DNA of 64,000 nt from Planctomycetota bacterium. Its GTDB lineage: Bacteria > Planctomycetota > B15-G4 > SIAN01. The stretch spans positions 128,001-192,000 of the forward strand of contig JANNXA010000034.1 in NCBI GenBank assembly GCA_031409275.1, in the 5' to 3' direction. Both the position numbers and the translations under genes were made by a program. The stretch's first letter is position 1. Each line of letters opens with the position of its first letter. The notes beneath the pieces are model-generated. The model was not told where the DNA came from. It ran no database searches and saw only the letters and a list, made by a program, of their open reading frames with translations. Shown piece by piece: positions 55,054-63,957 of the stretch.

Positions 55054-56441
55054 GGTGCTCCGGCGCGATATACGCTCAGTCGGTTGTAGAGCGTCTTGAG
55101 GCTGATCCCGAGCAATCGAGCAGCTGCTGGCTTGTCGCCATGAGCGTGATCGAGCGTCGCGACGATCAACTGCCGCTCGGCATCAGCGATCGAGGCACCG
55201 ACTGCAATCGCAAGCGACGCACCAATCGGCGTCGGCGTCACCGGGATCGCTTGCGTTGCCTCGGCTTCGAGCGTCGTGTCGGCGAGGATCCATGCTCGGT
55301 AGACGGCGTTCTTCAACTCGCGCACGTTGCCGAGCCAGGCGCGCTCCGTCAGCGCTTCGAGCACGCCGTTTCCCCACTCCTTGTGGGTGCCGTGCGCGCG
55401 GTTCAACAGGTCGAGAAAGTGGATCGCCAGCGGCATCACGTCGGCGCGCCGATCGCGTAGCGGCGGCAGGTGGATCGGGAAGACGGCGAGGCGGAAGTAG
55501 AGGTCCTCGCGCAGGCGGCCGTCGCGAATCGCCTCGAGCAGATCGCGGTTCGTCGCGGCCAGAACGCGCACGCTCACGGCGAACTCTTCGGCACCACCGA
55601 CGCGCTGCAGGCGGCCACTTTCCAGCACGCGCAGCAGCTTCACCTGTGCCTGCAGCGGCATCTCGGTGATCTCGTCGAGGAAGAGCGTGCCACCGTCCGC
55701 ACGCTCGAAGCACCCGCGACGCAGCTTGTCGGCGCCGGTGAAGCTGCCGCGCTCGTGGCCGAACAGTTCGCTCTCGATCAGCGTCTCGGGAATGGCTCCG
55801 CAATTGACGGCGATGAGCTTTCCCGCCGCCCGGCTGCTCGAGTCGTGAATGGCCTGCGCGATCACTTCCTTGCCAGTGCCGCTCTCGCCGCTGATCAGGA
55901 CGCTCGCTTCGGTCGGTGCGATGCGTGCGACTTGTTCGAGCACCGCCTGCATCGCGCGCGAGTTGGCCACCACCGGTCCGCCTGCGCGATGGGCGAGCAG
56001 CTTGGTGCGCAGCTCGATCACCTCACGCTTCAACGCACGCGTACGACGCAGCTGGGCGAGCGTGCTCTTCAGTTTGACGCGATCGACCGGCTTGGTGAGG
56101 TAGTCGAACGCACCGCCTTTCAGTGCATCGACGGCCGAGTCGACGGTTGCATGCCCGGTGATCACGACGAACTCGGCGCTGCCGTTGCGTGAGGTTTCGA
56201 GCAGAACGCTGCCGTCGCCGTCGGGGAGTTCGAGATCGGCGAGGATGGCGTCGAACGTGGTCTTTGCCAGCGCGGCGCGTGCGGCAGCGCAACTGGCGAC
56301 TCCCGTCACCGAAAAACCCTGCTGTTCGAGCAGCAAACTCAGGCTGCTGCGGAAGTCGGAATCGTCTTCTACGACGAGCAGCGCGAGAGAGGGCTCGCAA
56401 GCGCGCTCGGTCGCGATGAGCGCTTTGGCGGTGGTGGCCAT
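55050..56441 (-). CDS. Sigma54-dependent response regulator (NtrC family: REC-AAA+-Fis HTH)
   Basis: VVEDD, ADLELPDG, GESGTGKE, ESELFGHERGSFTGA, LFLDEI, REDLYFRL, GNVRELKN, AARLLGISLKTLYNRL. Confidence 0.96.
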   Translation of the reverse strand: MATTAKALIATERACEPSLALLVVEDDSDFRSSLSLLLEQQGFSVTGVASCAAARAALAKTTFDAILADLELPDGDGSVLLETSRNGSAEFVVITGHATVDSAVDALKGGAFDYLTKPVDRVKLKSTLAQLRRTRALKREVIELRTKLLAHRAGGPVVANSRAMQAVLEQVARIAPTEASVLISGESGTGKEVIAQAIHDSSSRAAGKLIAVNCGAIPETLIESELFGHERGSFTGADKLRRGCFERADGGTLFLDEITEMPLQAQVKLLRVLESGRLQRVGGAEEFAVSVRVLAATNRDLLEAIRDGRLREDLYFRLAVFPIHLPPLRDRRADVMPLAIHFLDLLNRAHGTHKEWGNGVLEALTERAWLGNVRELKNAVYRAWILADTTLEAEATQAIPVTPTPIGASLAIAVGASIADAERQLIVATLDHAHGDKPAAARLLGISLKTLYNRLSVYRAGAP

Positions 56442-56587
56442 GGGAAGAAACTCCTGCGAGCGACCGGGAATCGGCGTGCGAGCGCGTGCCGAACGCAGGC
56501 GGAGAGTAATTGCACCAACCCTCGCGCAGTTGAACAATCGCTCGTGAGAAGTCGGAGCAATCGTCGTGCAGGCCGGTCGGATCCAAG

Positions 56588-56602
56588 TGGTACGTGCCTT
56601 GC
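56588..56602 (+). promoter_or_regulatory. sigma54 promoter
   Basis: TGGTACG-TGCC-TTGC. Confidence 0.65.
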
Positions 56603-56634
56603 CATCCGGCGGGACAGGTCGTCGGCGGCGGGCC

Positions 56635-56946
56635 ATGGTTCCGGGCGCCGACCGAGCGACCGTGGAGGACGACTTGCCCGAACGCCCGATCGACGACCCA
56701 CGACGCCCCGATTCAGACTTGCGTCGATCGGCGCGGCGGGTGGTCGAGGACGTCGAAGCCCTCGGAGGCGTCGTGGCCAGGCGGGTCACCGATGGCGCGC
56801 GCCGCGCGGTGGCGGCAGACGGCGCAAAGCCCAAGTCGTTTCGTCGGCGGGCGCACGCTTTCGTCATCGCGGAGCCATTGGTGGCGCTCTTCGCCGCGGT
56901 CGTGACCAGCGTGCTGCTCGCCCTCGGCATCTGGTGGTTGCTCTGA
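56635..56946 (+). CDS. Small C-terminally anchored membrane protein (DUF883/ElaB-like architecture)
   Basis: RRVVEDVEALG...EPLVALFAAVVTSVLLALGIWWLL, directly downstream of a sigma54 motif. Confidence 0.55.
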   Translation: MVPGADRATVEDDLPERPIDDPRRPDSDLRRSARRVVEDVEALGGVVARRVTDGARRAVAADGAKPKSFRRRAHAFVIAEPLVALFAAVVTSVLLALGIWWLL

Positions 56947-57304
56947 GCGCCGACCGGCCGAGCTGACTCGAAGTTCACATCAAGTCACCGCACGCTCCGC
57001 GGAACCGCCGCGTCGAGCCCGCGATTCTTCGCGTTGCGCAGCCCCCGTCTCCCGCCGCCCCGCATCGCGAGCTCGGAGCGAGGAGCCTGGCGACGTGTGT
57101 CGTCGACGACGACCCAACAGCACGATTCCCAGCCATCGGAGCGGCAGCTCGTTGCACGACTCGCTGAGCAGGCGAGGCGTCGTCGTGCGTGATTCGAGAC
57201 ACACAAAAATCCATCGCCGCCTTCGGTCACAGTTCGCGAACAGCGAACGGCGCACGAAAGCGGCGATGGCACATCCAAATCAAGCGGCGACAGGCGTCAC
57301 CGCA

Positions 57305-58795
57305 TCAGGGGGCGATTGCTTCCAGGGCATTGCTCGCCGAGAAGTTCTTCACGCCGGCCGGATCGATGATCCAGGCCTGCAGATAGAACGTGTCGCCGGT
57401 GGTGGCATCGCTCGGCCAGGTGTCCTGGAACGTGAAGCCGCCGTTGCCGTCGAGCACGCACGGCAGGATGGCGTTCAGCGCCGGCACGAAGGTGCCGCCG
57501 GCGAAGGACGCGTCGATCCGGCTCACGCCGACGATCAGGAACGCGGTGGCGTTTGGCAGTCCGTTGCCGATGACGGCGGTTGTCGTCGACAGGGGCTCCA
57601 GAGTTCCGATGCCCAGCAGCGTCGGCAGCCCGGTGGAACCGGCGAGAGCGAATCCGAGGTCGGAGAAGGCCGAGACCGCCGAGTTCACCAGCACCGAGAT
57701 GCTGTTGCCCGATTCATTGGTGGTGACCAGGTCGACCGATCCGTCTCGGTCGAGGTCGCCCATCGCGAGGTGGCCGGGATCCGTTCCGGTCACGAAGATC
57801 TGCGCGAGGCCGAACGAGCCGGCGCCGTCGTTCGCGAACGTCGTCAGATTGCTCGAGTTCTCGTTCACGACCGCGATGTCCATGTCGTAGTCGAGGTCGA
57901 AGTCGCCGGCGATGACCGCGCTGGGGTCGGTGCCGGTCGTCGGATAGTTGATGCCGCCGGCGAAGACGCCTGCGGAGGTCTGGATGAAGATCGTCATCCG
58001 GTTGAGGCCGCTGTCGGAGCCGGCCGAGATGAGGTCGTTGTCGCCGTCACCGTCGAGGTCGCTGGCGAAGACGCCTTCCGGCTTGAGCGGCGCCATCTGC
58101 AGCGAAGCGGCGGCGGCGAATACGCCGTTCCCGTCGTTCATCAGCATGAAGATCGCCTCGGAGTCGTGGGCCGCGGCCGAGAGGTCGAGGTCGCCGTCTC
58201 CGTCGAGATCGGACGGGCAGAGCGCGCGGGTGTCGAGTCCGGCGGGGAACGCCGCAGCGGCACCGAAGAGTCCAGCGCTGGTCTGCAGCAGCACGTCGAC
58301 CTTGCCGCTATCGCGGCAGGACGCCGCCAGATCGATGCTGGCGTCGGGATCGAAGCGGCCGACCACGACGTAAGTCACACCGTGGCTCACCGGGTAGCTC
58401 GCGCCGAGAGTGAAGGAGCCGCTGCCCTGATTGATGACCACGAGCAGCTGGTCCTGGCCGTACAGCGCCACGACCAGGTCGAGGTCGAGGTCGCCGTCGA
58501 AGTCCGCGCAGGCGATTCCCTTCGGCGAGCTGCTGCTCGGCAAGTTGACGTCGTTGCCCGCGCCGAAGGTGCCGGTGCCGTCGTTCACGAGGATGGTCAC
58601 CCGGTCGGGGCCATCGCTGGTGATGGCGAGATCGAGATCTCCGTCGCCGTCGAAGTCGCCGACCGTCGTCTGATCGGGCGTCGAGGTGACCTGGACGTCG
58701 ACGTGGGGAGCGAACGCGATCTGGCCGGCTGCGTAGCCTCCGACCGCGATTGCGGCGATCGACGCGATGCCGATCGCCGGCAGAAGTTTGGTCAT
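57305..58795 (-). CDS. FG-GAP/VCBS repeat beta-propeller exported protein
   Basis: Seven D(F/L)DxDGDxDL-type repeats and a signal peptide. C-terminal FYLQAWIIDPAG..SASNAL domain. Confidence 0.92.
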   Translation of the reverse strand: MTKLLPAIGIASIAAIAVGGYAAGQIAFAPHVDVQVTSTPDQTTVGDFDGDGDLDLAITSDGPDRVTILVNDGTGTFGAGNDVNLPSSSSPKGIACADFDGDLDLDLVVALYGQDQLLVVINQGSGSFTLGASYPVSHGVTYVVVGRFDPDASIDLAASCRDSGKVDVLLQTSAGLFGAAAAFPAGLDTRALCPSDLDGDGDLDLSAAAHDSEAIFMLMNDGNGVFAAAASLQMAPLKPEGVFASDLDGDGDNDLISAGSDSGLNRMTIFIQTSAGVFAGGINYPTTGTDPSAVIAGDFDLDYDMDIAVVNENSSNLTTFANDGAGSFGLAQIFVTGTDPGHLAMGDLDRDGSVDLVTTNESGNSISVLVNSAVSAFSDLGFALAGSTGLPTLLGIGTLEPLSTTTAVIGNGLPNATAFLIVGVSRIDASFAGGTFVPALNAILPCVLDGNGGFTFQDTWPSDATTGDTFYLQAWIIDPAGVKNFSASNALEAIAP

Positions 58796-58887
58796 AGACG
58801 TGATTCCATGGGTGTAGAAACGCGCCGACCAGTCGGCATGAAACGAAGTCTCCGACGAATTCCGTCGACGCGCATGGCTGCGGCATT

Positions 58888-58902
58888 GCAAGCGTCATGC
58901 CT
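58888..58902 (-). promoter_or_regulatory. sigma54 promoter (FG-GAP gene)
   Basis: AGGCATG-ACGC-TTGC(AA). Confidence 0.65.
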
Positions 58903-59132
58903 GCGGCCAGCGCCGCGCGCCTCGTGGTTCACCTGGACGGGGGGACCAGCCTTCGGTCGCCCGGTGCGTCGGGAGTGCGCGGACGACTCGATCGACACCT
59001 CCCCGCTCGCGACGTCCGATCGGAGCGGTTCATCGCGCACGACGCGTCACGCCGTCGACGTCGGCATGTCGTGGCTCGACGAAGGCTCGGCCGAGGCGGC
59101 GCCCAGAGAATGCGGTCGCCCCCGGCGGCAGA

Positions 59133-59147
59133 CGGCTCGGCGGTTGC
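59133..59147 (+). promoter_or_regulatory. sigma54 promoter (AI-2E gene)
   Basis: CGGCTCG-GCGG-TTGC. Confidence 0.5.
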
Positions 59148-59228
59148 GGATTCCGCAGGGCATCCACCCGACGCCGCGCCGCCCCGTCTCTCGCCGCGAG
59201 CGCGATGGGACCACTTGTAGAAAACTCC

Positions 59229-61019
59229 ATGCCTTACCCCCGTCTGCTGATGCTCGCCGCTGTCGTGATCGTGGTTGCGGCGCTCTACCTGGCGCAGACG
59301 GTCCTGATGCCGGTCGCGATGGCGATCTTCCTCAGCTTCGTGCTTTCGCCGCTGGTCACGTGGCTGGAGCGTTTTCACCTGGCGCGCGGCGCGTCGGTTT
59401 TCTGCGTTGCCTTGCTCGCCTTCACCGTCATCGGTGCGGCGGGTTGGTTCGTGGCGCGGCAAGCGGTCGACCTCGTCACGCGGCTTCCGGAATATCACGC
59501 GAATCTCGACGCCAAGCTGGCGTTGGTCCGCGATCGAATCCATGCGCCGCTCAAGCGCGCGAGCGACGCCGTCCACGAGTTCGAGCGGAGCGCGATGGGA
59601 AACGCCCCCGCGCACGTCTCCACCGTCGCGAACGATCCGGCGCCTCTCGCCGTGGCCGAGGAGCCGTCGCCCATTCTTGGATGGACCGCTGGCGGCATCG
59701 GAGCGCTCGTCTCCGTGCTCGGCACCGCGGGCGTCGTCGTGCTGCTCGTCGCCATGATGCTGGTGCAACGCGGCGACCTGCGCGACCGGTTCGTCGCTCT
59801 CGCCGCTGGCGGAGTCGTGGCGACGACGCAGGCGCTCGACGAGGCCGCGTCGCGCCTGAGCCGCTACCTCCTCGCGCTCACGGCGATCAATGCCGCGCAC
59901 GGGACTGCGGTCGGCGCGGGCCTCTGGCTGATCGGAGTTCCGAACAGCCTGCTGTGGGGGCTGATGGCCGCCGTCCTGCGCTTCATTCCCTACGCCGGTC
60001 CTTGGATCGCCGCCGCGGTTCCGCTCCTCTTCTCGTTCGCGATCAGCGACAACTTCATGGTGCCGATGCTGACGCTCGGGCTGTTCGCGGCGCTCGAGCT
60101 CTTGACGAACCTCGTCGTCGAGCCGCTCGTGCTTCCGAATCGCATCGGAGTCTCGGCGACGGCGCTGGTGGTGAGCGTGGTCTTCTGGACATGGCTCTGG
60201 GGAGCGCCAGGCCTCGTGCTCGCGGTGCCGCTCACCGTCTGCGTCGCGGTGATGGGAAATCACATCCCGCGGATGCGTTTCCTGTCCACGATTCTCGGCG
60301 ACCAGTCCGTCCTCTCGGCGTCGTTGCGTCTCTACCAGCGCCTGATCGTGGGCGAAGCCGAGGAGGCGTGGAATCTGGTCGCTGCAGAGCGGAAGGACGG
60401 CCTGTCCGTGCTCGAAAGCTGCGACTCGCTGTTGGTACCGGCACTCTGTCTCGCGCAGCGCGATCGGCTCGATCTCGTGATCGACGAGTCCACGTTGATC
60501 AAGGTGGCCGACCGCGCTCGCGAACTGGCCGAGGAGATGGCGGATCGTCGCGATTCGAGTGAGCCGGCCGTCGTGATTCGCGATCCGTTGCGCGTCGTCT
60601 GCGTTGCGGCGGGCAAGGAGGTGGACGGGGCTGTCGCCGAGATGCTGGGCACCATCCTGCGGCACACGGGCATCGACGCGGTCGTGCTGCCTCACGGCAC
60701 GCTGGTCGGCGAGGTGTTGGCGCTGATCGCCTCGACGCGCGCCCAGGCGGTCTGCCTCTCGCAGTTGCCGCCGCTTTCCTACAGCCGCCTTCGCTACCTC
60801 AGCAAGCGGATCGCCGAGCGCTTCCCCGCGCTGCCGATCCTGGTCGGCACATGGACCGTGAGCCTCGATCCGACGCGTTTCCACCAACGTCTCGAGTGCG
60901 ATGGCGGCATCGAGGTGGCAGGGTCGATCGCCGAGATGCTCGAACAGATCCAGAGGGTCGCCGCTCGTGTGCGCCCGGAGGCGTCGCCCCCGGCCGCGTT
61001 GCTGTCCAGCACCGGCTGA
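59229..61019 (+). CDS. AI-2E family transporter with cytoplasmic C-terminal extension
   Basis: PVAMAIFLSFVLSPLV, LRFIPYAGPWI, NLVVEP, FWTWLWGAPGLVLAVPLTVC. Confidence 0.93.
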   Translation: MPYPRLLMLAAVVIVVAALYLAQTVLMPVAMAIFLSFVLSPLVTWLERFHLARGASVFCVALLAFTVIGAAGWFVARQAVDLVTRLPEYHANLDAKLALVRDRIHAPLKRASDAVHEFERSAMGNAPAHVSTVANDPAPLAVAEEPSPILGWTAGGIGALVSVLGTAGVVVLLVAMMLVQRGDLRDRFVALAAGGVVATTQALDEAASRLSRYLLALTAINAAHGTAVGAGLWLIGVPNSLLWGLMAAVLRFIPYAGPWIAAAVPLLFSFAISDNFMVPMLTLGLFAALELLTNLVVEPLVLPNRIGVSATALVVSVVFWTWLWGAPGLVLAVPLTVCVAVMGNHIPRMRFLSTILGDQSVLSASLRLYQRLIVGEAEEAWNLVAAERKDGLSVLESCDSLLVPALCLAQRDRLDLVIDESTLIKVADRARELAEEMADRRDSSEPAVVIRDPLRVVCVAAGKEVDGAVAEMLGTILRHTGIDAVVLPHGTLVGEVLALIASTRAQAVCLSQLPPLSYSRLRYLSKRIAERFPALPILVGTWTVSLDPTRFHQRLECDGGIEVAGSIAEMLEQIQRVAARVRPEASPPAALLSSTG

Positions 61020-61049
61020 GAGAGAGGGCGGCGGCCGAGAGGTCCGAAC

Positions 61050-61331
61050 TCAGATGACGATCAAGACGAGCACGAGCGCAAGGACGACGACGGCAGCGAC
61101 GCCGATGCCGCCAAGGGAGGCGCCGTTGTGGCCGCCAGCGAAGTCGCGAAGTTCTGCGGCCGTCGATTCGCGAACAGCGTAGGCGACTTCCTCTGCGAGC
61201 GTGGCATCCGTCGGGGTGTCGGTGCGGACGACCGAAGCGGCAACGACGTCGTCAGGGGCGGAGGCATGCGCGAAGGGCGTCGCCGCGGCTGCGCTGAGGA
61301 TCGATGCGAGGAGGAGGCGAGCGAGGGTCAT
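61050..61331 (-). CDS. Small secreted protein with double-glycine motif and hydrophobic tail
   Basis: Signal peptide ending AHA. YAVRESTAAELRDFAGG followed by HNGASLGGIGVAAVVVLALVLVLIVI. ATGA overlap with the C39 gene. Confidence 0.75.
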   Translation of the reverse strand: MTLARLLLASILSAAAATPFAHASAPDDVVAASVVRTDTPTDATLAEEVAYAVRESTAAELRDFAGGHNGASLGGIGVAAVVVLALVLVLIVI

Positions 61332-61954
61332 GGTGAGATCTCCGACGAGTGCATGTCCACCGCGTTCGAGGTCGTCCGAGTTGATGGCCGCAGGAAGACC
61401 ATCGAAAGGCGGCCGGCCGGCTCCCACTCGTCGAGGAAGCCGCCGAATGTGTAGTTCTGCCAACCGCGTGCCGGATCGAGCGTCACGACACGGTCGTTGG
61501 CGCGACTGACGCCAACGACGACGGCGTAGTGCGTCCATTCCGCGTCTGACCACCTCTGCTTCAGCCCGACCACCAGCGGTCGGCCGTGTGCGAGCTCGTG
61601 CTCGAGGTCGGCGAACTCTCCGCGAATGATCCACGCCGACAATTCGTGGGCACGGGCGAGGTCACGCAGCGCCACGGCGCGGACGCCGACTCCTTCCGTC
61701 GGCGGGCAGGCGACGCGCACCTCCTCACGACCGACGGGGATCCGCCAGTACGCGAAGATCATCGCGAGTGCCGCGCTGCCGCAGTCTTCACGACCGATCT
61801 GCGCGACGAACGGAACCCCTTCGACGGCGGTCAGGCCGCAGTCGGTCCGCAATTCCGCGGGGGCGGCGCTCGTCGCACTGCCGAGATAGGTGGCGGTGCA
61901 GCCGGCGAGCAACGGCAGCGAAACGGCCAGGAGTGACGCGGCGAGGCGATGCAC
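61328..61954 (-). CDS. Stand-alone C39-family cysteine peptidase lipoprotein
   Basis: Lipobox LLAGC. VPFVAQ...DCGSAALAM (Gln/Cys), THYAVVVG (His), LDPARG (Asp). Confidence 0.88.
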   Translation of the reverse strand: MHRLAASLLAVSLPLLAGCTATYLGSATSAAPAELRTDCGLTAVEGVPFVAQIGREDCGSAALAMIFAYWRIPVGREEVRVACPPTEGVGVRAVALRDLARAHELSAWIIRGEFADLEHELAHGRPLVVGLKQRWSDAEWTHYAVVVGVSRANDRVVTLDPARGWQNYTFGGFLDEWEPAGRLSMVFLRPSTRTTSNAVDMHSSEISP

Positions 61955-61957
61955 GCG

Positions 61958-62224
61958 TCAGCGCCGTGAACGGGCGCGAGCCCGCGCGTCGAGGGCGATG
62001 CGTCCCGGCATCGACGGTCCACGCAGCGAATCGCGCAGGAGGACGCCTTGCACGATCAGCGGAACGATGAGCCATCGCCTGTGCCCGAGCAGCCCCACGG
62101 CGATCCCGAGCAGGGAGATCGCAGAGGAGTGAGTCCGCAGGCGACGCTCGTCGTTCCGCTCGTTGTCATCCGCGCGCATCCGGGCGTCGCGATTCTCGAT
62201 CGCAGCGGGGGTTCGCGCTTTCAT
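61958..62224 (-). CDS. Small membrane protein (possibly degenerate YgaP/DUF2892-like)
   Basis: ERRLRTHSSAISLLGIAVGLLGHRRWLIVPLIVQGVLL. Confidence 0.4.
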   Translation of the reverse strand: MKARTPAAIENRDARMRADDNERNDERRLRTHSSAISLLGIAVGLLGHRRWLIVPLIVQGVLLRDSLRGPSMPGRIALDARARARSRR

Positions 62225-62228
62225 TCGC

Positions 62229-62630
62229 TCAGCAACCCGGGTTCTTCGGCGCCGCGGGGTTCGCAGGATTCGCGCCCTTCTTCATGTCGCTGCCGCCGTC
62301 GGACTTCGAGGGTGAGTCGCAGCACTCGCCGTCCTTCTCCATGTTCTTCGGGCTGGTCGACGCGTTCGACGCCGGCGCGAGCTTGATGCTGCCGCCGAGG
62401 ACTGGCCGCGACTGGTCGATCTTCTTGTCGCTGTCCTTGCGCTCGTTGTGCGTGTCGTTGTTGCCGCGCGAGGGCTCGTCGATCATCCGCTTCGATTCGT
62501 TCCGACGGCCGTCCTTCTGGGCGTCCTTCGGTGGGGCGAGCGGCGGTGTGTTCTTCGGGGCCGTCGGAGGAACACTCGACGGGGCGACTGGAGTATCGAA
62601 TCGCGGGTTCGGAGCGTCAGGAGTCGTCAT
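62229..62630 (-). CDS. Low-complexity Pro/Lys/Asp-rich hydrophilic protein
   Basis: ATG at 62630 and disordered-type composition. Confidence 0.55.
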   Translation of the reverse strand: MTTPDAPNPRFDTPVAPSSVPPTAPKNTPPLAPPKDAQKDGRRNESKRMIDEPSRGNNDTHNERKDSDKKIDQSRPVLGGSIKLAPASNASTSPKNMEKDGECCDSPSKSDGGSDMKKGANPANPAAPKNPGC

Positions 62631-62781
62631 TGTGAGGAGCTTTCTGTGTGAATCGAGGCCCGGAAATACGGGCTCGATGTAGGTGTCTTCAAGTCGTTTG
62701 AACGATTGGACGTGTGAAGCGATCGACCAAGCCGGATCCGTTTCGTGGGTCCGCAACGAACTGCGCTGCGGCTCGACCGCG

Positions 62782-62994
62782 TCAGGTGGATCGTCGAGTG
62801 GAAGACAGTTTCGTGAGGCCGATGGCAGCCGCGATCACGCCGACCAGCAGCATCCAGATCGACTTGTCGCTTGGCGCTCCCTGGAAGAAGCGCGAGAAGC
62901 GCGACGAAAGCGAGTCGCCCGCTTCGATTCCGTAGAAGATCAATGCCGCACCCACCAGCAGCAGCACCAGACCGACGATTCTTCCGTTCGACAT
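62782..62994 (-). CDS. DUF3185 family small membrane protein
   Basis: RIVGLVLLLVGAALIFYGIEAGDSLSSRFSRFFQGAPSDKSIWMLLVG. Confidence 0.88.
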   Translation of the reverse strand: MSNGRIVGLVLLLVGAALIFYGIEAGDSLSSRFSRFFQGAPSDKSIWMLLVGVIAAAIGLTKLSSTRRST

Positions 62995-63041
62995 CGCATG
63001 TCATCCAATTTGAAAGCGTTCGTGTTCTTCCACGAACAAAC

Positions 63042-63056
63042 GCAACTCGCTTGCCA
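63042..63056 (-). promoter_or_regulatory. sigma54 promoter (DUF3185 unit)
   Basis: TGGCAAG-CGAG-TTGC. Confidence 0.65.
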
Positions 63057-63206
63057 TCGTCGATCGGGTGCGGGATCGAAGACGAAAGGCGAAGCGTTCG
63101 GCCGTGCGACTCGCTCGGAAACTGCGCCGCGCGCGACGGCCCATCGATTGCAACCCGGGCGGAGACCACGAGTCGCCATCTTGCGACCGGGTCAGGGGCC
63201 GTACCG

Positions 63207-63386
63207 ATGAGTCGTCGAGCGCGAGGCATTCCCGACGGTCCGGGCAAACCGCCGAACCCAGCGCCTGAGCCGCCGATCCGCCCGGAAGAGCGGCCGGTCG
63301 AGCGGCCGTACGAGACCCCGCCGGTGCCGCCGCAGCCGACGGACGACCCGCTTCCCGAAGAGCCGCCAATCTCGCCGAGCTTCTGA
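63207..63386 (+). CDS. Proline-rich small protein (59 aa)
   Basis: MSRRARGIPDGPGKPPNPAPEPPIRPEERPVERPYETPPVPPQP..., preceded by AGGGG. Confidence 0.45.
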   Translation: MSRRARGIPDGPGKPPNPAPEPPIRPEERPVERPYETPPVPPQPTDDPLPEEPPISPSF

Positions 63387-63551
63387 CTCGTGGAGAGGTG
63401 GGCATCCGCGGCGCGCGCAGAGGCGGCGTGCGGCGCCGCGCGAGCGCAGTGCGCGGGCAGGTGTAAGGAGCGTCTCGCAGTTGCACAATCGCGGCGCAGT
63501 CGCTGCGGGGCCTCATCGCCGGAGGCGGCGGCGGCTCGCGGCGGATGACGC

Positions 63552-63566
63552 CGGCATGCAGATTGC
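63552..63566 (+). promoter_or_regulatory. sigma54 promoter (DUF883 gene)
   Basis: CGGCATG-CAGA-TTGC. Confidence 0.7.
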
Positions 63567-63654
63567 CCTATCCCGTCGGCGGCCAAACCGGCCGCAGCGG
63601 AAACCAGCGTGTGGTCGACCAGGTCGACCACGCCCTGCGACGGAGCGACGGTTC

Positions 63655-63957
63655 ATGATCGATTCCAAGAACGGCAACACGGTGCGTCCCCGGACGGGCG
63701 GCCGCAACGTACGCAATCAGTCCCAGCGCATCCTGCAGGACGTGAAGGACCTTGGTTCCATCGCGGCCCACGACGTCACGCTTGGCAAGCAGCGCCTCGC
63801 GGCTCGCGGCCGCGAGCTGCTCGCCGATGGGCGGCAGGCGATCTCGAACTACGAGGACAACGCGAAGCAGTACATCGCCGAGCACCCCTTCAAGACGCTC
63901 CTGGTGGCGCTCGGTGTCGGGACGCTGATCGGCCTGGTGATCCGTCGTCGGTCCTGA
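63655..63957 (+). CDS. DUF883 / ElaB-YqjD family membrane-anchored protein
   Basis: C-terminal YIAEHPFKTLLVALGVGTLIGLVIRRR. Confidence 0.88.
   Translation: MIDSKNGNTVRPRTGGRNVRNQSQRILQDVKDLGSIAAHDVTLGKQRLAARGRELLADGRQAISNYEDNAKQYIAEHPFKTLLVALGVGTLIGLVIRRRS

Noticed and set aside
56478..56491. sigma54-like motif upstream of the activator gene (CGGCACGCGCTCGC, minus strand)
   Set aside because: GG-to-GC spacing is 9, not the required 10.
57095..60562. 1155-aa plus-strand ORF
   Set aside because: Antisense to the FG-GAP gene and out of frame with AI-2E. Arg/Gly-rich shadow composition.
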